Source of the DNA: Thiorhodococcus minor
GTDB lineage: Bacteria > Pseudomonadota > Gammaproteobacteria > Chromatiales > Chromatiaceae
Assembly: GCF_010820565.1 (NCBI RefSeq)
Contig: NZ_JAAIJQ010000003.1
Coordinates: 19,251-83,250 of the forward strand
Direction: 5' to 3'
DNA: 64,000 nt
Below, piece by piece: positions 11,098 to 19,859 of this stretch; position 1 is the stretch's first letter, and each line of letters starts with the position of its first letter. Under the pieces are notes generated by a model. That model was not told the origin of the DNA. It saw only the letters and a list, made by a program, of their open reading frames with translations, and ran no database searches. Both the position numbers and the translations under genes were made by a program.

Positions 11098-12121
11098 GCC
11101 GGCTCCGCCCCGACAGCGCGAGATAGAGGGCCACGAGCACCCAGCCGGCGAGGCCGATGCCGTACTTGACGGGTGCAGGCGCGGGACCCGATGACCAAAA
11201 GGCCTCGACGATGGCCGCGAGCAGCAGCATGAGGGCCGCCCCGCCGACCAGAACGATGGCGTCGCGCGCGTTCGTGCGCAGGGCCGCCAGCCGCGTGCGC
11301 CGGCCGGGGGCGAGCAGTGCCTTGCCGAGCAGCAGTCCGGCCGCCCCGGAGATGGCGATCGCGGTCAGCTCGTAGGGCCCGTGGCCGCTGACGAAGGTCC
11401 AAAAGGTGCCGCCATAGTCCAAGCGGGTCAGATGGCCGGCGGCCGCACCGATGTGGAGTCCGTTGAAGACGAGGATCACGGCGGAGCCGACCCCGAAGAT
11501 CAGGCCGCTCGCGAAGCTGCGAAAGCCGATGCCGACGTTGTTCATGATGTAGAAGCCGAACATGGCGAAGTCCGTATCCGCCTGCCGCCCATGGCTGCGG
11601 CCTGGCTTGCGGTTGGCCGGATCGTACATCTCCTCCAGGTTGGAGACCTGGAGGCCATCCATGAGGCTGTAGACGATCTCCTCGTCCAGATAGGTAGCGA
11701 CCCCCATCGCGAGCATCGGCAGGAAGAGCAGCGCCATCCCCATCCAGAAGGCGAGTGCGTGGCGACGGAGCGTACGGGGAAAATCCTCGGCCATGAAGCC
11801 GAGTGCCGCGCGCAGCATCCGCGGACGACGGCGGTAGAGATGAGGGTAGCCGCGCCGCGCCAGGTCATGGAGATCGGCGATCAGCCCCGGGCTGTAGGCC
11901 CGCGTCCGCGCCAGGGCATAGTGCCCGCAGACGGCGCGATAGAGCTGAGGGAAGCCCTGCGGATCCTCCTGAGCCGGAGGCCGTTTGGATTTGGCGTCGC
12001 CTTCCAGCTGCTCCAGCAGCAGGCGGTATCGGCGCCAGGTCGGTGCATTGGCGGCCTCGAACTGCTGTTGCTTCATCGGCAGTCCGACCGCGCGAGCCAG
12101 GCGAGAGCCGGCTGTGCCCAA
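11087..12121 (-). CDS. SpoIIM-like (DUF95) polytopic membrane protein
   Basis: Multiple TM helices and a conserved DUF95-like core (FYIMNNVGIGFRSFASGLIFGVGSAVILVFNGLHIG). An alternative start at M16 (12076) is possible. Confidence 0.6.
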   Translation of the reverse strand: MGTAGSRLARAVGLPMKQQQFEAANAPTWRRYRLLLEQLEGDAKSKRPPAQEDPQGFPQLYRAVCGHYALARTRAYSPGLIADLHDLARRGYPHLYRRRPRMLRAALGFMAEDFPRTLRRHALAFWMGMALLFLPMLAMGVATYLDEEIVYSLMDGLQVSNLEEMYDPANRKPGRSHGRQADTDFAMFGFYIMNNVGIGFRSFASGLIFGVGSAVILVFNGLHIGAAAGHLTRLDYGGTFWTFVSGHGPYELTAIAISGAAGLLLGKALLAPGRRTRLAALRTNARDAIVLVGGAALMLLLAAIVEAFWSSGPAPAPVKYGIGLAGWVLVALYLALSGRSRHGA

Positions 12122-12236
12122 GAGGAGAGGGAGGCCCCTGGCTGCGGGCGGAGATCGCCCCGGTCGGAGACAGGCGCGCGGTGCCAGGGCGTCGAGCCGC
12201 TGCGCGCGAGGCGCGGTCCGGCAGGGGCATCGAGGC

Positions 12237-12936
12237 TCATGGCAGCTCCTGCGCCCGCCCCCGCGCGAGCCAGCTCGCCCAGCCCCTGACCCGTGCGACG
12301 GCGAGCTCGCCGCGATCCCCGAGCTCTTGGGTCAGGACCTCGGCCAGCTCGATGCGACGAGCCGCGGAGAGTCGCTGACTGCGCTCGGCGAAGGACAAAA
12401 TGGCTTGCTGGGCCTCCAGGCCGAGTCCCAGAGGAGGCGCGACGGGGCCCGCCATGACGGCCTCCCTGGGCTGGGCGCGGCCATCGGCACGCAGCACGAG
12501 CGTGCCGGCGGCGAGATCTCCGAGACGGCGAAAATCGCGGTCGAGCAGGACGGCAACCAGCCCGACGCCATAGAGCAGGGGCAGGAAGTCCACGACCCGC
12601 AACAGATTGCGAATCATGGATGCGGGCAGCCCGATCGGGGTGCCGTCGTCATGGACGACCGCGAGCCCCATCGCGCGCTTGCCGGGCGTCGCACCCTTCC
12701 AGACCTCGAACACGACGGGATAGAGCCATTCCAGCGCGAAGAAGGCGAGGAGCATGAGACCAAGGCCGAAATCGGCGAGGATGAGCAGCGGGGTCAGGAT
12801 GAGGTAGAGCCCCGCGCGAATCACGCCATCCAGCGCGAGTGCGAGGGCGCGCGGCACTGGGCCTGCGACGCGCAGGCCGAGGTCGATGCCTTCGGGTGTC
12901 TCGTTGAAGCGGACGGTATCGATGCTGGGCTGCATG
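12237..12936 (-). CDS. RDD-family membrane protein
   Basis: RALALALDGVIRAG...GKRAMGLAVV motif set typical of the RDD family. Internal Met chosen because the track ORF (to 13280) would overlap the upstream gene. Confidence 0.7.
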
Positions 12937-12973
12937 TCCTCTGCTCGGATCGCCGAATCACCGATGCTGACGC

Positions 12974-13555
12974 TCAACGGTAAAGGCTGAGCGGGAAGTA
13001 TTCCGTGATCAGGATCACCGGACGCCCGTCGATGATGATCCGATAGGTCCGAAACACTGCTGTCCCGCCATCCGCGGTCCGGTCGAGGCCGACGTCCATG
13101 ACCTCTCGGTAGCTCTCCATCCCGCTGTCGCGAATGAGCACTCCGATGCCGATCTCCCGGTCGATGAGCCGCTGACGAAACGCCGGAGGGATCAGCTCTG
13201 TGCGGATCAATGAGAACGCCTCCGCGAAGCTTCTGCCGCTGTCGACGCCGCACAGCCGCGCGTCGCGGATCAGGCAGCAATCGCCCACGCCGACGGAGAT
13301 CCAGGACACCGGCTGCTGAGCCGCCTCGAAGCGCTGCTCGACGGTATCGACAGCGACCGGCTCCCAGAAATAGGCCTCGAGGATCTTGGTCACAGTGCCA
13401 TCTGTGACCAAGAGCGCGCGCAGGAAGGGTGGAAGCTCGCTCAACGCCAGACGCTCCCCGGATGGCGAGCTGATCAATGCGTCGCGCGCGAACCCGTCGC
13501 AGCGAAAGGGAAGCTCTGCAGGCGCGCGATCCGCCCGCCGGTAATACCTATGCAT
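12974..13555 (-). CDS. Chorismate-lyase-fold (Chor_lyase/DUF98/UTRA-like) protein
   Basis: ALLVTDGTVTKILEAYFWEPV and C-terminal ...RPVILITEYFPLSLY resemble UbiC-family signatures. First gene of the MoxR-module transcription unit. Confidence 0.5.
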   Translation of the reverse strand: MHRYYRRADRAPAELPFRCDGFARDALISSPSGERLALSELPPFLRALLVTDGTVTKILEAYFWEPVAVDTVEQRFEAAQQPVSWISVGVGDCCLIRDARLCGVDSGRSFAEAFSLIRTELIPPAFRQRLIDREIGIGVLIRDSGMESYREVMDVGLDRTADGGTAVFRTYRIIIDGRPVILITEYFPLSLYR

Positions 13556-14209
13556 CGCCTTTCCTCAACCGCAATGCGGAAACAGCCGGCCCAACCCTTT
13601 GCCCCGACGCCCTCGTCAGACACAGGCCGCAAGCGCTTCGGGCGCGTCGAGCCCTCGCCGAGAGCATGCCCGCCCGGCCGCATGGCGTGCCGTGGCGCCT
13701 CACCACACCCTTTGCGCCATCGCAACGTGTTGCATAAACCCCCACGACGACGCAGCGAGCGCTTCTGCCACCGTCTCTAGGAACGGCGTCGAGGACAGCG
13801 TGCACGGTTGTCACAGGGTGAGTAGGACGCAAGAGAGAGCGCCAGTGAAGGAGCATAATTCATTGAAACTTGAGTACATTCAAACGCACCCCGGGCAGAC
13901 GAGACAGATCAGAGCCTGGACCGGGCGGCGGAGTGCGCGGCGGCCGTGGTAAGAAATCTGCCGATCCATGCCTTTGTGGGCTTGATGTCTAAAAGATTTT
14001 GCCCCAATCTTCTGCGTGACCGCACGCATCAGCGAAATCGCCGGATGTTGCGCGGAGCAAAACGAGCTGTGCCATGGGTCAACCCCGGCGCCAGCCTGGA
14101 AATCGTCTATGGTTGACGCAGGGACGAAAGATGGCATGACTCGGAAAGGATCCCCGTATTGTGTTATACAAACAGCGCCTAATGGCCAACAATCTGGAGA
14201 CTTAGCCCA

Positions 14210-14407
14210 ATGATCAAAATCGTCAAAGTCGCTTCCCTGTCCGCTGCCGCCCTGCTGACCACCTCGCTGCTCGGTGGCTGCACCACCGACCAGACCGCTC
14301 GCGACATGGCCCAGCAGGCCCTGGACACCGCCAACAGCGCCCAGGCTTGCTGCAACTCCAACACCGAGCGCCTCGACCGCATGTATCAGAAGATCATGGG
14401 CAAATAA
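14210..14407 (+). CDS. lpp: Braun-type murein lipoprotein (Lpp-like)
   Basis: 65 aa (not in the >=60-aa track under another name; listed as 14210..14407). Signal peptide plus lipobox LLGGC, a short coiled-coil-like body and a C-terminal Lys (...RMYQKIMGK) as in E. coli Lpp (...MATKYRK). GGAGA ribosome-binding site 8 nt upstream. Confidence 0.7.
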   Translation: MIKIVKVASLSAAALLTTSLLGGCTTDQTARDMAQQALDTANSAQACCNSNTERLDRMYQKIMGK

Positions 14408-15351
14408 GACGCATTGCCTGACTCGCGCCGGTATCCCACGACCTGTGGGATACCGGTATCTTCCTCGACCGCCTTCTCGACCAGCCCCCAGTCGATCACC
14501 ACATTCGGGTCGCTCTTGATCGACTCCGGAATCGCTTCCCTGGCGCTCTTGCGCACGCTCTTCTCGCCGGCCTGAACCTCAAGATAAAGGTCGTCTCCGC
14601 GCCAGCCGACCTTGTAGGCCTGGTCGATGATGTTGACCGGGGTCTTGATGCTCACCTGGGGATAGAGCTTCTCGACGCCCTCGGGGTACATGCGAATGCA
14701 GCCGCCGCTCACCTCCATCCCGATTCCCCAGGGCATGCTGGTGCCATGAATGAGATAGTCCGGCCTGCTCAGGCGCATGGCATAGCGCCCCAATGGGTTG
14801 TCGGGCCCGGGCGGTACGACCGCTGGCAGGATGTCGCCATAAGCCGCGTGCGCAGCCCGCACATTCGGTCCAGGGGTCCAGGTGGGGTTCTCGCGCTTTT
14901 CGATAACCTTGAAGGAGCCTAGCGGTGTGCCCATCGCATCCTTCCCGACGCTGATGGTGAAGACCTGCACCTCGTCCGGCTTGCCTGGGGGATAGTAGTA
15001 GAGACGCTTTTCCGCGCGGTTGATGACGATGCCCTCGCGCGGAGCGTCGTTGGGCAGGACGAACATGCTCGGCACGATGACCTCGGTTCCCTTACCAGGC
15101 ACCCACATATCCACGTTGGGATTGGCCTGACGCATGTCGGCATATCCGAGATTGTTCTGCCGCGCGATATCCAAGAGCGTATCCTTCTCTCTGGCCTTGA
15201 AATAGAAGGTGACACCGACGACGGAATCCTCGGGGTGATCGAGTCGGAACGTCTCGGCACGGGCACTGCTCAACGCACCCAAGCCAATCAGGGAGGCACC
15301 GATGAGGGCAGCCAGCCACGCCCGACCTTTGCCAAGCTCAAAACCACTCAT
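14386..15351 (-). CDS. L,D-transpeptidase (YkuD domain) with N-terminal LysM, secreted
   Basis: Signal peptide MSGFELGKGRAWLAALIGASLIG. LysM-like motif (DTLLDIARQNNLGYADMRQANP). YkuD catalytic motif HGTSMPWGIGMEVSGGCIRM. Internal start with a GGAGAG ribosome-binding site; the track ORF (to 15993) has ~214 implausible N-terminal residues. Confidence 0.8.
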   Translation of the reverse strand: MSGFELGKGRAWLAALIGASLIGLGALSSARAETFRLDHPEDSVVGVTFYFKAREKDTLLDIARQNNLGYADMRQANPNVDMWVPGKGTEVIVPSMFVLPNDAPREGIVINRAEKRLYYYPPGKPDEVQVFTISVGKDAMGTPLGSFKVIEKRENPTWTPGPNVRAAHAAYGDILPAVVPPGPDNPLGRYAMRLSRPDYLIHGTSMPWGIGMEVSGGCIRMYPEGVEKLYPQVSIKTPVNIIDQAYKVGWRGDDLYLEVQAGEKSVRKSAREAIPESIKSDPNVVIDWGLVEKAVEEDTGIPQVVGYRRESGNASYLPMIF

Positions 15352-15384
15352 AGACTCTCCACGCTCCTGTCTGGTTGAGATTCG

Positions 15385-17436
15385 ATGAAAAAGCCGTCGC
15401 GATTGTCTCACGTTCGCAACATCGGGGTCGCCGCTCACGTCGACGCCGGAAAGACGACGCTGACCGAGCGCATCCTCTTCTACACCGGCGCGTCTTACAA
15501 GATCGGCGAGGTCCATGACGGCGCCGCGCACATGGACTACATGGCCGAAGAGCAGCAGCATGGCATCACCATCACGGCCGCCGTCACCAAGGCACCCTGG
15601 CGCGAGCACCTGATCCAGGTCGTCGACACGCCGGGACACGTCGACTTCTCCATCGAGGTCGAGCGCGCCATGCGCGTGCTCGACGGCTGCGTTCTGGTCC
15701 TCGACGGCGTCCGCGGTGTCGAGCCCCAGACCGAGACGGTGTGGCGCCAGCGCGAGCACTTCAAGCTCCCCGCACTCTTCTTCGTCAACAAGATGGACCG
15801 CCCAGGCGCAGACTTCAGGCGCAGCCTGGACGCCATCCGCGCGCGGCTCAAGGCGGAGCCTGCGCCCATCACCCTGCCCTTCCCGGACGATCACTCGGTG
15901 ATCCATTTGATCGATCGATCGCGGATTCGTTTCCTTGGAGAGCAAGGCGAAGACGTCGTCGTCGAGCCCTGCCCGCCCGACCTTTGGGAGCACTGCGCCG
16001 ACCTGCGCGAATCACTTGCCCTGGCCGCCGCGGAGGCCGACGAGTCGCTCGCCGACCTGGTCCTGGCCGGAGAAGAGCCAGATGCCGAAAGCCTGCGCGC
16101 GGCCCTGCGCAAAGGGACCCTGGCCGGCAGCTTGTTCCCCTGCTTCGGCGGCAGCGCGCTGCGCAACCTCGGCGTGCAGCCCCTTCTCGACGCCATCGTC
16201 GATTTCCTGCCCGCCCCCATGGATCGTCCCCCATCGCTTGCGAAACGACCGGATGGAAGGTCGGAAGAGATCGTCATGGGCGGCGGCGGGCCGCTCGCGG
16301 CGCTGGCGTTCAAGGTCCAGCTCTGGGACGGGCGTCGACACGTCTTCGCCCGCCTCTATCGCGGCACGCTCAAGCCCGGCGACAGCGTGGAATTCCTAGG
16401 CAGCGACGGGCAGACCAAGCAGGAGCACGTCGCGCGCATCTTCGACGTCGATGCCGGCAAGAAGTCCAAGCTCGACCAGGCGCTGGCGGGGCAGATCGTG
16501 CTGCTTGCCGGGCTCAGGCACGCCACCACGGGCGACACGCTCTGCGCACCTGGAAATCCCCTGAGCCTCGAGCGCATCATCACGCACTCCCCGGTCCTGG
16601 GCCTCGCGATCGAGCCCGGCGCGGGCACCGACGAGGAGAAGCTGGTCGAGGTCCTCGACAAGGTCCAGCAGGAGGACCCGACCCTCGTGGTCGAGGAAGA
16701 CCCGGAGACCGGGCAGCGCCTGCTGCGCGGCATGGGTGAGCTGCACCTGCAGATCGTCATCGAGCGGCTCGCGCGCGAGTTCGGGGTGGCGGTCAGGACC
16801 GGCAAGCCCGCGGTCGCCGTGCGCGAGACCATTTGCGCGACGGCCTCCGCCGAGGCCCTGTTCGCGCCACCGCCGACGCCAGACCCGCGCCAGCCGGATC
16901 TGATGGCGCGAGCCGTCGTCAAGGTCGCGCCGACAAAGCGCGGCCAAGGCGAGCAGATCGAGGTCCGTCCGAGCGTCCTGCCCGAGGGGAGCGCACTCAG
17001 CGAAGCTCAAGCGAGCGCGATCGAGCAGGCGATACAGGCCACGCTCGCGTCCGGCCCGCGCTCCGGAGCCGAGGTGCTGGATCTCAGTGTCGAGGTCGTC
17101 GAGATCGAGCTGTTCGGTCAGGGATCGACGCCCGAGGCCATTGGTGCCGCGGTCAGCAAGGCCCTGCGCAAGGCGCTCGAGGGGGCGAGACCCGCCACCA
17201 TGCAGCCGATCATGCGCATCGAGGTCATCGTCCCCGAGCCCAATCTGGGCACCGTGCTGGGGGATCTCCAATCGCGCAAGGCGCTGATTCAGAGCACCTC
17301 GACTCAAGGCGAGATGGCGACCATCGCCGCCGAGGCGGGGCTCGAGCCGCTGCTGGGCTATACGACCTCGCTGCGCAGCCTCACCCAGGGACGCGGCCAA
17401 TTCAGCATGGAGCTCGACCGCTTCGATCTGTGGTGA
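15385..17436 (+). CDS. Elongation factor G-family translational GTPase (EF-G paralog)
   Basis: G1 AHVDAGKTT, DTPGH and NKMD motifs with an EF-G-like domain order; 683 aa. Confidence 0.85.
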   Translation: MKKPSRLSHVRNIGVAAHVDAGKTTLTERILFYTGASYKIGEVHDGAAHMDYMAEEQQHGITITAAVTKAPWREHLIQVVDTPGHVDFSIEVERAMRVLDGCVLVLDGVRGVEPQTETVWRQREHFKLPALFFVNKMDRPGADFRRSLDAIRARLKAEPAPITLPFPDDHSVIHLIDRSRIRFLGEQGEDVVVEPCPPDLWEHCADLRESLALAAAEADESLADLVLAGEEPDAESLRAALRKGTLAGSLFPCFGGSALRNLGVQPLLDAIVDFLPAPMDRPPSLAKRPDGRSEEIVMGGGGPLAALAFKVQLWDGRRHVFARLYRGTLKPGDSVEFLGSDGQTKQEHVARIFDVDAGKKSKLDQALAGQIVLLAGLRHATTGDTLCAPGNPLSLERIITHSPVLGLAIEPGAGTDEEKLVEVLDKVQQEDPTLVVEEDPETGQRLLRGMGELHLQIVIERLAREFGVAVRTGKPAVAVRETICATASAEALFAPPPTPDPRQPDLMARAVVKVAPTKRGQGEQIEVRPSVLPEGSALSEAQASAIEQAIQATLASGPRSGAEVLDLSVEVVEIELFGQGSTPEAIGAAVSKALRKALEGARPATMQPIMRIEVIVPEPNLGTVLGDLQSRKALIQSTSTQGEMATIAAEAGLEPLLGYTTSLRSLTQGRGQFSMELDRFDLW

Positions 17437-17516
17437 GCGACAGGGCCCGCGGACCCCCTGGGGACGTCACTGGGTCATCACGGAGCCGCTTCGCCGCGCT
17501 CCGTGCCGACGGCGCC

Positions 17517-18566
17517 TCAGTCGAGACTGGATTCAGCCGGCTGGCTGAGCACGACGACGCGGTCGCGCCCCTCGTCTTTCGCGCGATAGAGGGCGATATC
17601 GGCGCGCTCGATGAGACTTTCGGGCGATTCTTCGCCCTCGGCCTCGACGACACCGACCGACACAGTCACTCCACCGATGACATTCTGCGACCCCTTGCGC
17701 TGGATGCGCAGGCTCGCCACCTTGTGGCGGATCCGCTCGGCCAGCTCGGCTGCGGCAGCCAAGGGGCGGGTGGCAATCACCGCGAACTCCTCTCCGCCGA
17801 AGCGGGCCACGAAGGTGGCGTCGTCCTGCATCTCCTCGAGGATGCCCCCAACGATCTCCAGGATACGGTCGCCCATGAGATGACCGTAGGTGTCGTTGCA
17901 CTGTTTGAAGCGATCGAGATCGAGCAGGAGCAGTGAGGTCGGCTCATCGCCCGAGCTGAGCGCCTGCTGCAAGGCGTCGTTGAAGGCGCGACGATTGGCG
18001 ATCTTGGTGAGGCTGTCGACGCGCGCGTCATACTGGCTCTCCTCCAGCTCCTTCTTGAGCTTCGCGACCTCGGCGCTCGCTGCCGCCAGCTCGTCGCGGA
18101 ACTGGCTGTTCAGATCCTCGAGGCTCGCCGTGTCTTCCATGAGCCGCTTCAGGGCGGCTCGAATCCGCTCGGAATCGATCGGCTGCTCGAGGATCTGAAG
18201 GGTATCCTTGAGCGACTCGCCATAGGCCTCGGTGCCTTCGGCGCTCTTGGACACCGACCGCGCGAGCTGCGTGAGGATGTTGACCAGGAGATTCTGGGCC
18301 TGCGGACTGTTCGGCAGATAGGTCTTGACGAAGAATTCGAAGAACAGCGATTCGCTGACGTCCGGGTCGTAGCTTCCAGGTCCCGGAAACTGCTCCAACA
18401 GGGCCTTGCTGAGCTCCGGATGCGTGTTCTGCACGTGCGCATACCAGAGTGCGTAGTTGTAAGGCGTCGGCGGGATCTGGCGCTGCACCATCAGAGGCAC
18501 CGCCATGCGGAGATAGTCCGAGGACACGCTCAGCTCCTCGCGAAACACCATCCTCTTATTCGTCAT
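17517..18566 (-). CDS. GGDEF-domain diguanylate cyclase with N-terminal sensory/coiled-coil region
   Basis: RFGGEEFAV active-site variant (GGEEF) and the upstream RXXD-like context. Confidence 0.85.
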   Translation of the reverse strand: MTNKRMVFREELSVSSDYLRMAVPLMVQRQIPPTPYNYALWYAHVQNTHPELSKALLEQFPGPGSYDPDVSESLFFEFFVKTYLPNSPQAQNLLVNILTQLARSVSKSAEGTEAYGESLKDTLQILEQPIDSERIRAALKRLMEDTASLEDLNSQFRDELAAASAEVAKLKKELEESQYDARVDSLTKIANRRAFNDALQQALSSGDEPTSLLLLDLDRFKQCNDTYGHLMGDRILEIVGGILEEMQDDATFVARFGGEEFAVIATRPLAAAAELAERIRHKVASLRIQRKGSQNVIGGVTVSVGVVEAEGEESPESLIERADIALYRAKDEGRDRVVVLSQPAESSLD

Positions 18567-19055
18567 GCGAAGGTCGCTCGTCTTGGCTGGGGTAGCGCCG
18601 CTTCGATCGGGCGCCCAAGCGCGTCGGCACGCGCTTGTCGCAGCCGCATGATATGCGATAAGACGCTGGCGCGTTAGGCCAAGCGTGAATCGCCGACGAA
18701 GTCGGCATCTAGTCGGCGGGAGTGCATCCGAGCTGGTGCTCGAGCTGCGTTGAGCGCAGCTGTGCAGTGCGGATGGCGAGGGCCGAAGGCAGGATTGGGA
18801 GGCGCTCAGCTCGCGCGCCAGGGCGCGACCTCGCCGCGAGGTGCTTCAGCGACTGTGATCCGCCGGTGATTCGTCCGGGCGGTCTCGCGAGTCCGACTCG
18901 CGCCGCCGTTTGTCCCTGCGCAGTACCCAGAGCTGCCAGAAGCAGAGCCCGAGGGCGGCACTTGCGGTCAGCAGCGCCTTGCCGAGCATCAAGGTCCCCG
19001 TGCTGATCACGCGCCGCCCCCGAGTGATTGGCCGAGTGGCCGAGACGTCCGAGTC

Positions 19056-19211
19056 TCAGCCATTCGACTCGTCGGCTTTAGACTCCTGCTTGACCTCGGA
19101 GCTGGAGCTGCTCGAGTCGCGTCCCGAGCTCATGAATTGGTAATAGAGAAGCCAGCCGACCAATCCGAGAAAGACCATCATTTCGGCAGCAGCCAAGGAT
19201 CCACCGTCCAT
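19056..19211 (-). CDS. Hypothetical small single-TM protein (51 aa)
   Basis: MDGGSLAAAEMMVFLGLVGWLLYYQF... with a Ser-rich acidic tail. Strong GGAGGAG ribosome-binding site upstream of the internal Met. Divergent from feoA. Confidence 0.35.
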   Translation of the reverse strand: MDGGSLAAAEMMVFLGLVGWLLYYQFMSSGRDSSSSSSEVKQESKADESNG

Positions 19212-19523
19212 CGTCGTCTCCTCCAGAGCATTGGTTATCAGTGATCTCGATCTACGGTGGGGAAGTTTTGGGATGCGCCAACCGATTGCAACCATGCCAG
19301 ATCCAGGGAGGCCTCCTCGGCCAGACAGGGCTTCCTCGGCCAGACAGAGCGACTCCGAGCCGCCTAGCCAAAGACGCTAGCTCCCTTGGCACCTGCCCGT
19401 TGGCAAGAGCGGCCAAATGCGAGCATGAATCGATCTCGAATTCATCTGCGGAAGCGGCCTGCTTCGGGTTATGCTTGGATCCTTCGTATCGGAGACCGAC
19501 CAAGGCCCTAGCAGTAACAGACG

Positions 19524-19844
19524 ATGTCTCACCAGCCCCAGCTCATCCCACTCTCAGACCTTCCCCACGAGACGCCCGCCCGCCTCACCGAGATCCGTGG
19601 CGGCCGCCACCTGACGCGCCGCCTCCTGGCACTGGGTCTAAGGCAGGGCAGCTCGCTCTGCGTGGTCCAGCGCAGGGGGCAGGGTCTGGTGCTGGCGAGC
19701 GGAGAGGCACGCATCGCCGTCGGCGCCGGGATCGCGGAGAAGCTGTGGGTCACGCCCGAGGCACCCGAGGCGGGCTGCGCCCCTTGCGAGTCGGACGAGG
19801 TCGAGCAGGTCGCTGACGGCAGCCACCTGGGCGTCACGAGCTAG
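19524..19844 (+). CDS. feoA: FeoA-domain protein
   Basis: FeoA/SH3-like core (ARLTEIRGGRHLTRRLLALGLRQGSSLCVVQR) located 16 nt upstream of feoB. Confidence 0.7.
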   Translation: MSHQPQLIPLSDLPHETPARLTEIRGGRHLTRRLLALGLRQGSSLCVVQRRGQGLVLASGEARIAVGAGIAEKLWVTPEAPEAGCAPCESDEVEQVADGSHLGVTS

Positions 19845-19859
19845 GGGCGGATCTTCACG

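Noticed and set aside
9664-11169. 501-aa plus-strand ORF
   Set aside because: Antisense to the DUF4129-like/SpoIIM-like genes. Pro/Arg/Gly-rich low-complexity product.
16396-17400. 334-aa minus-strand ORF
   Set aside because: Antisense to the EF-G paralog; compositionally biased, no domains.
19380-19460. Possible Fur box upstream of feoA
   Set aside because: Only a partial match (ttatcagtgatctcgat) to the GATAATGATAATCATTATC consensus; too weak to call without a PWM score.
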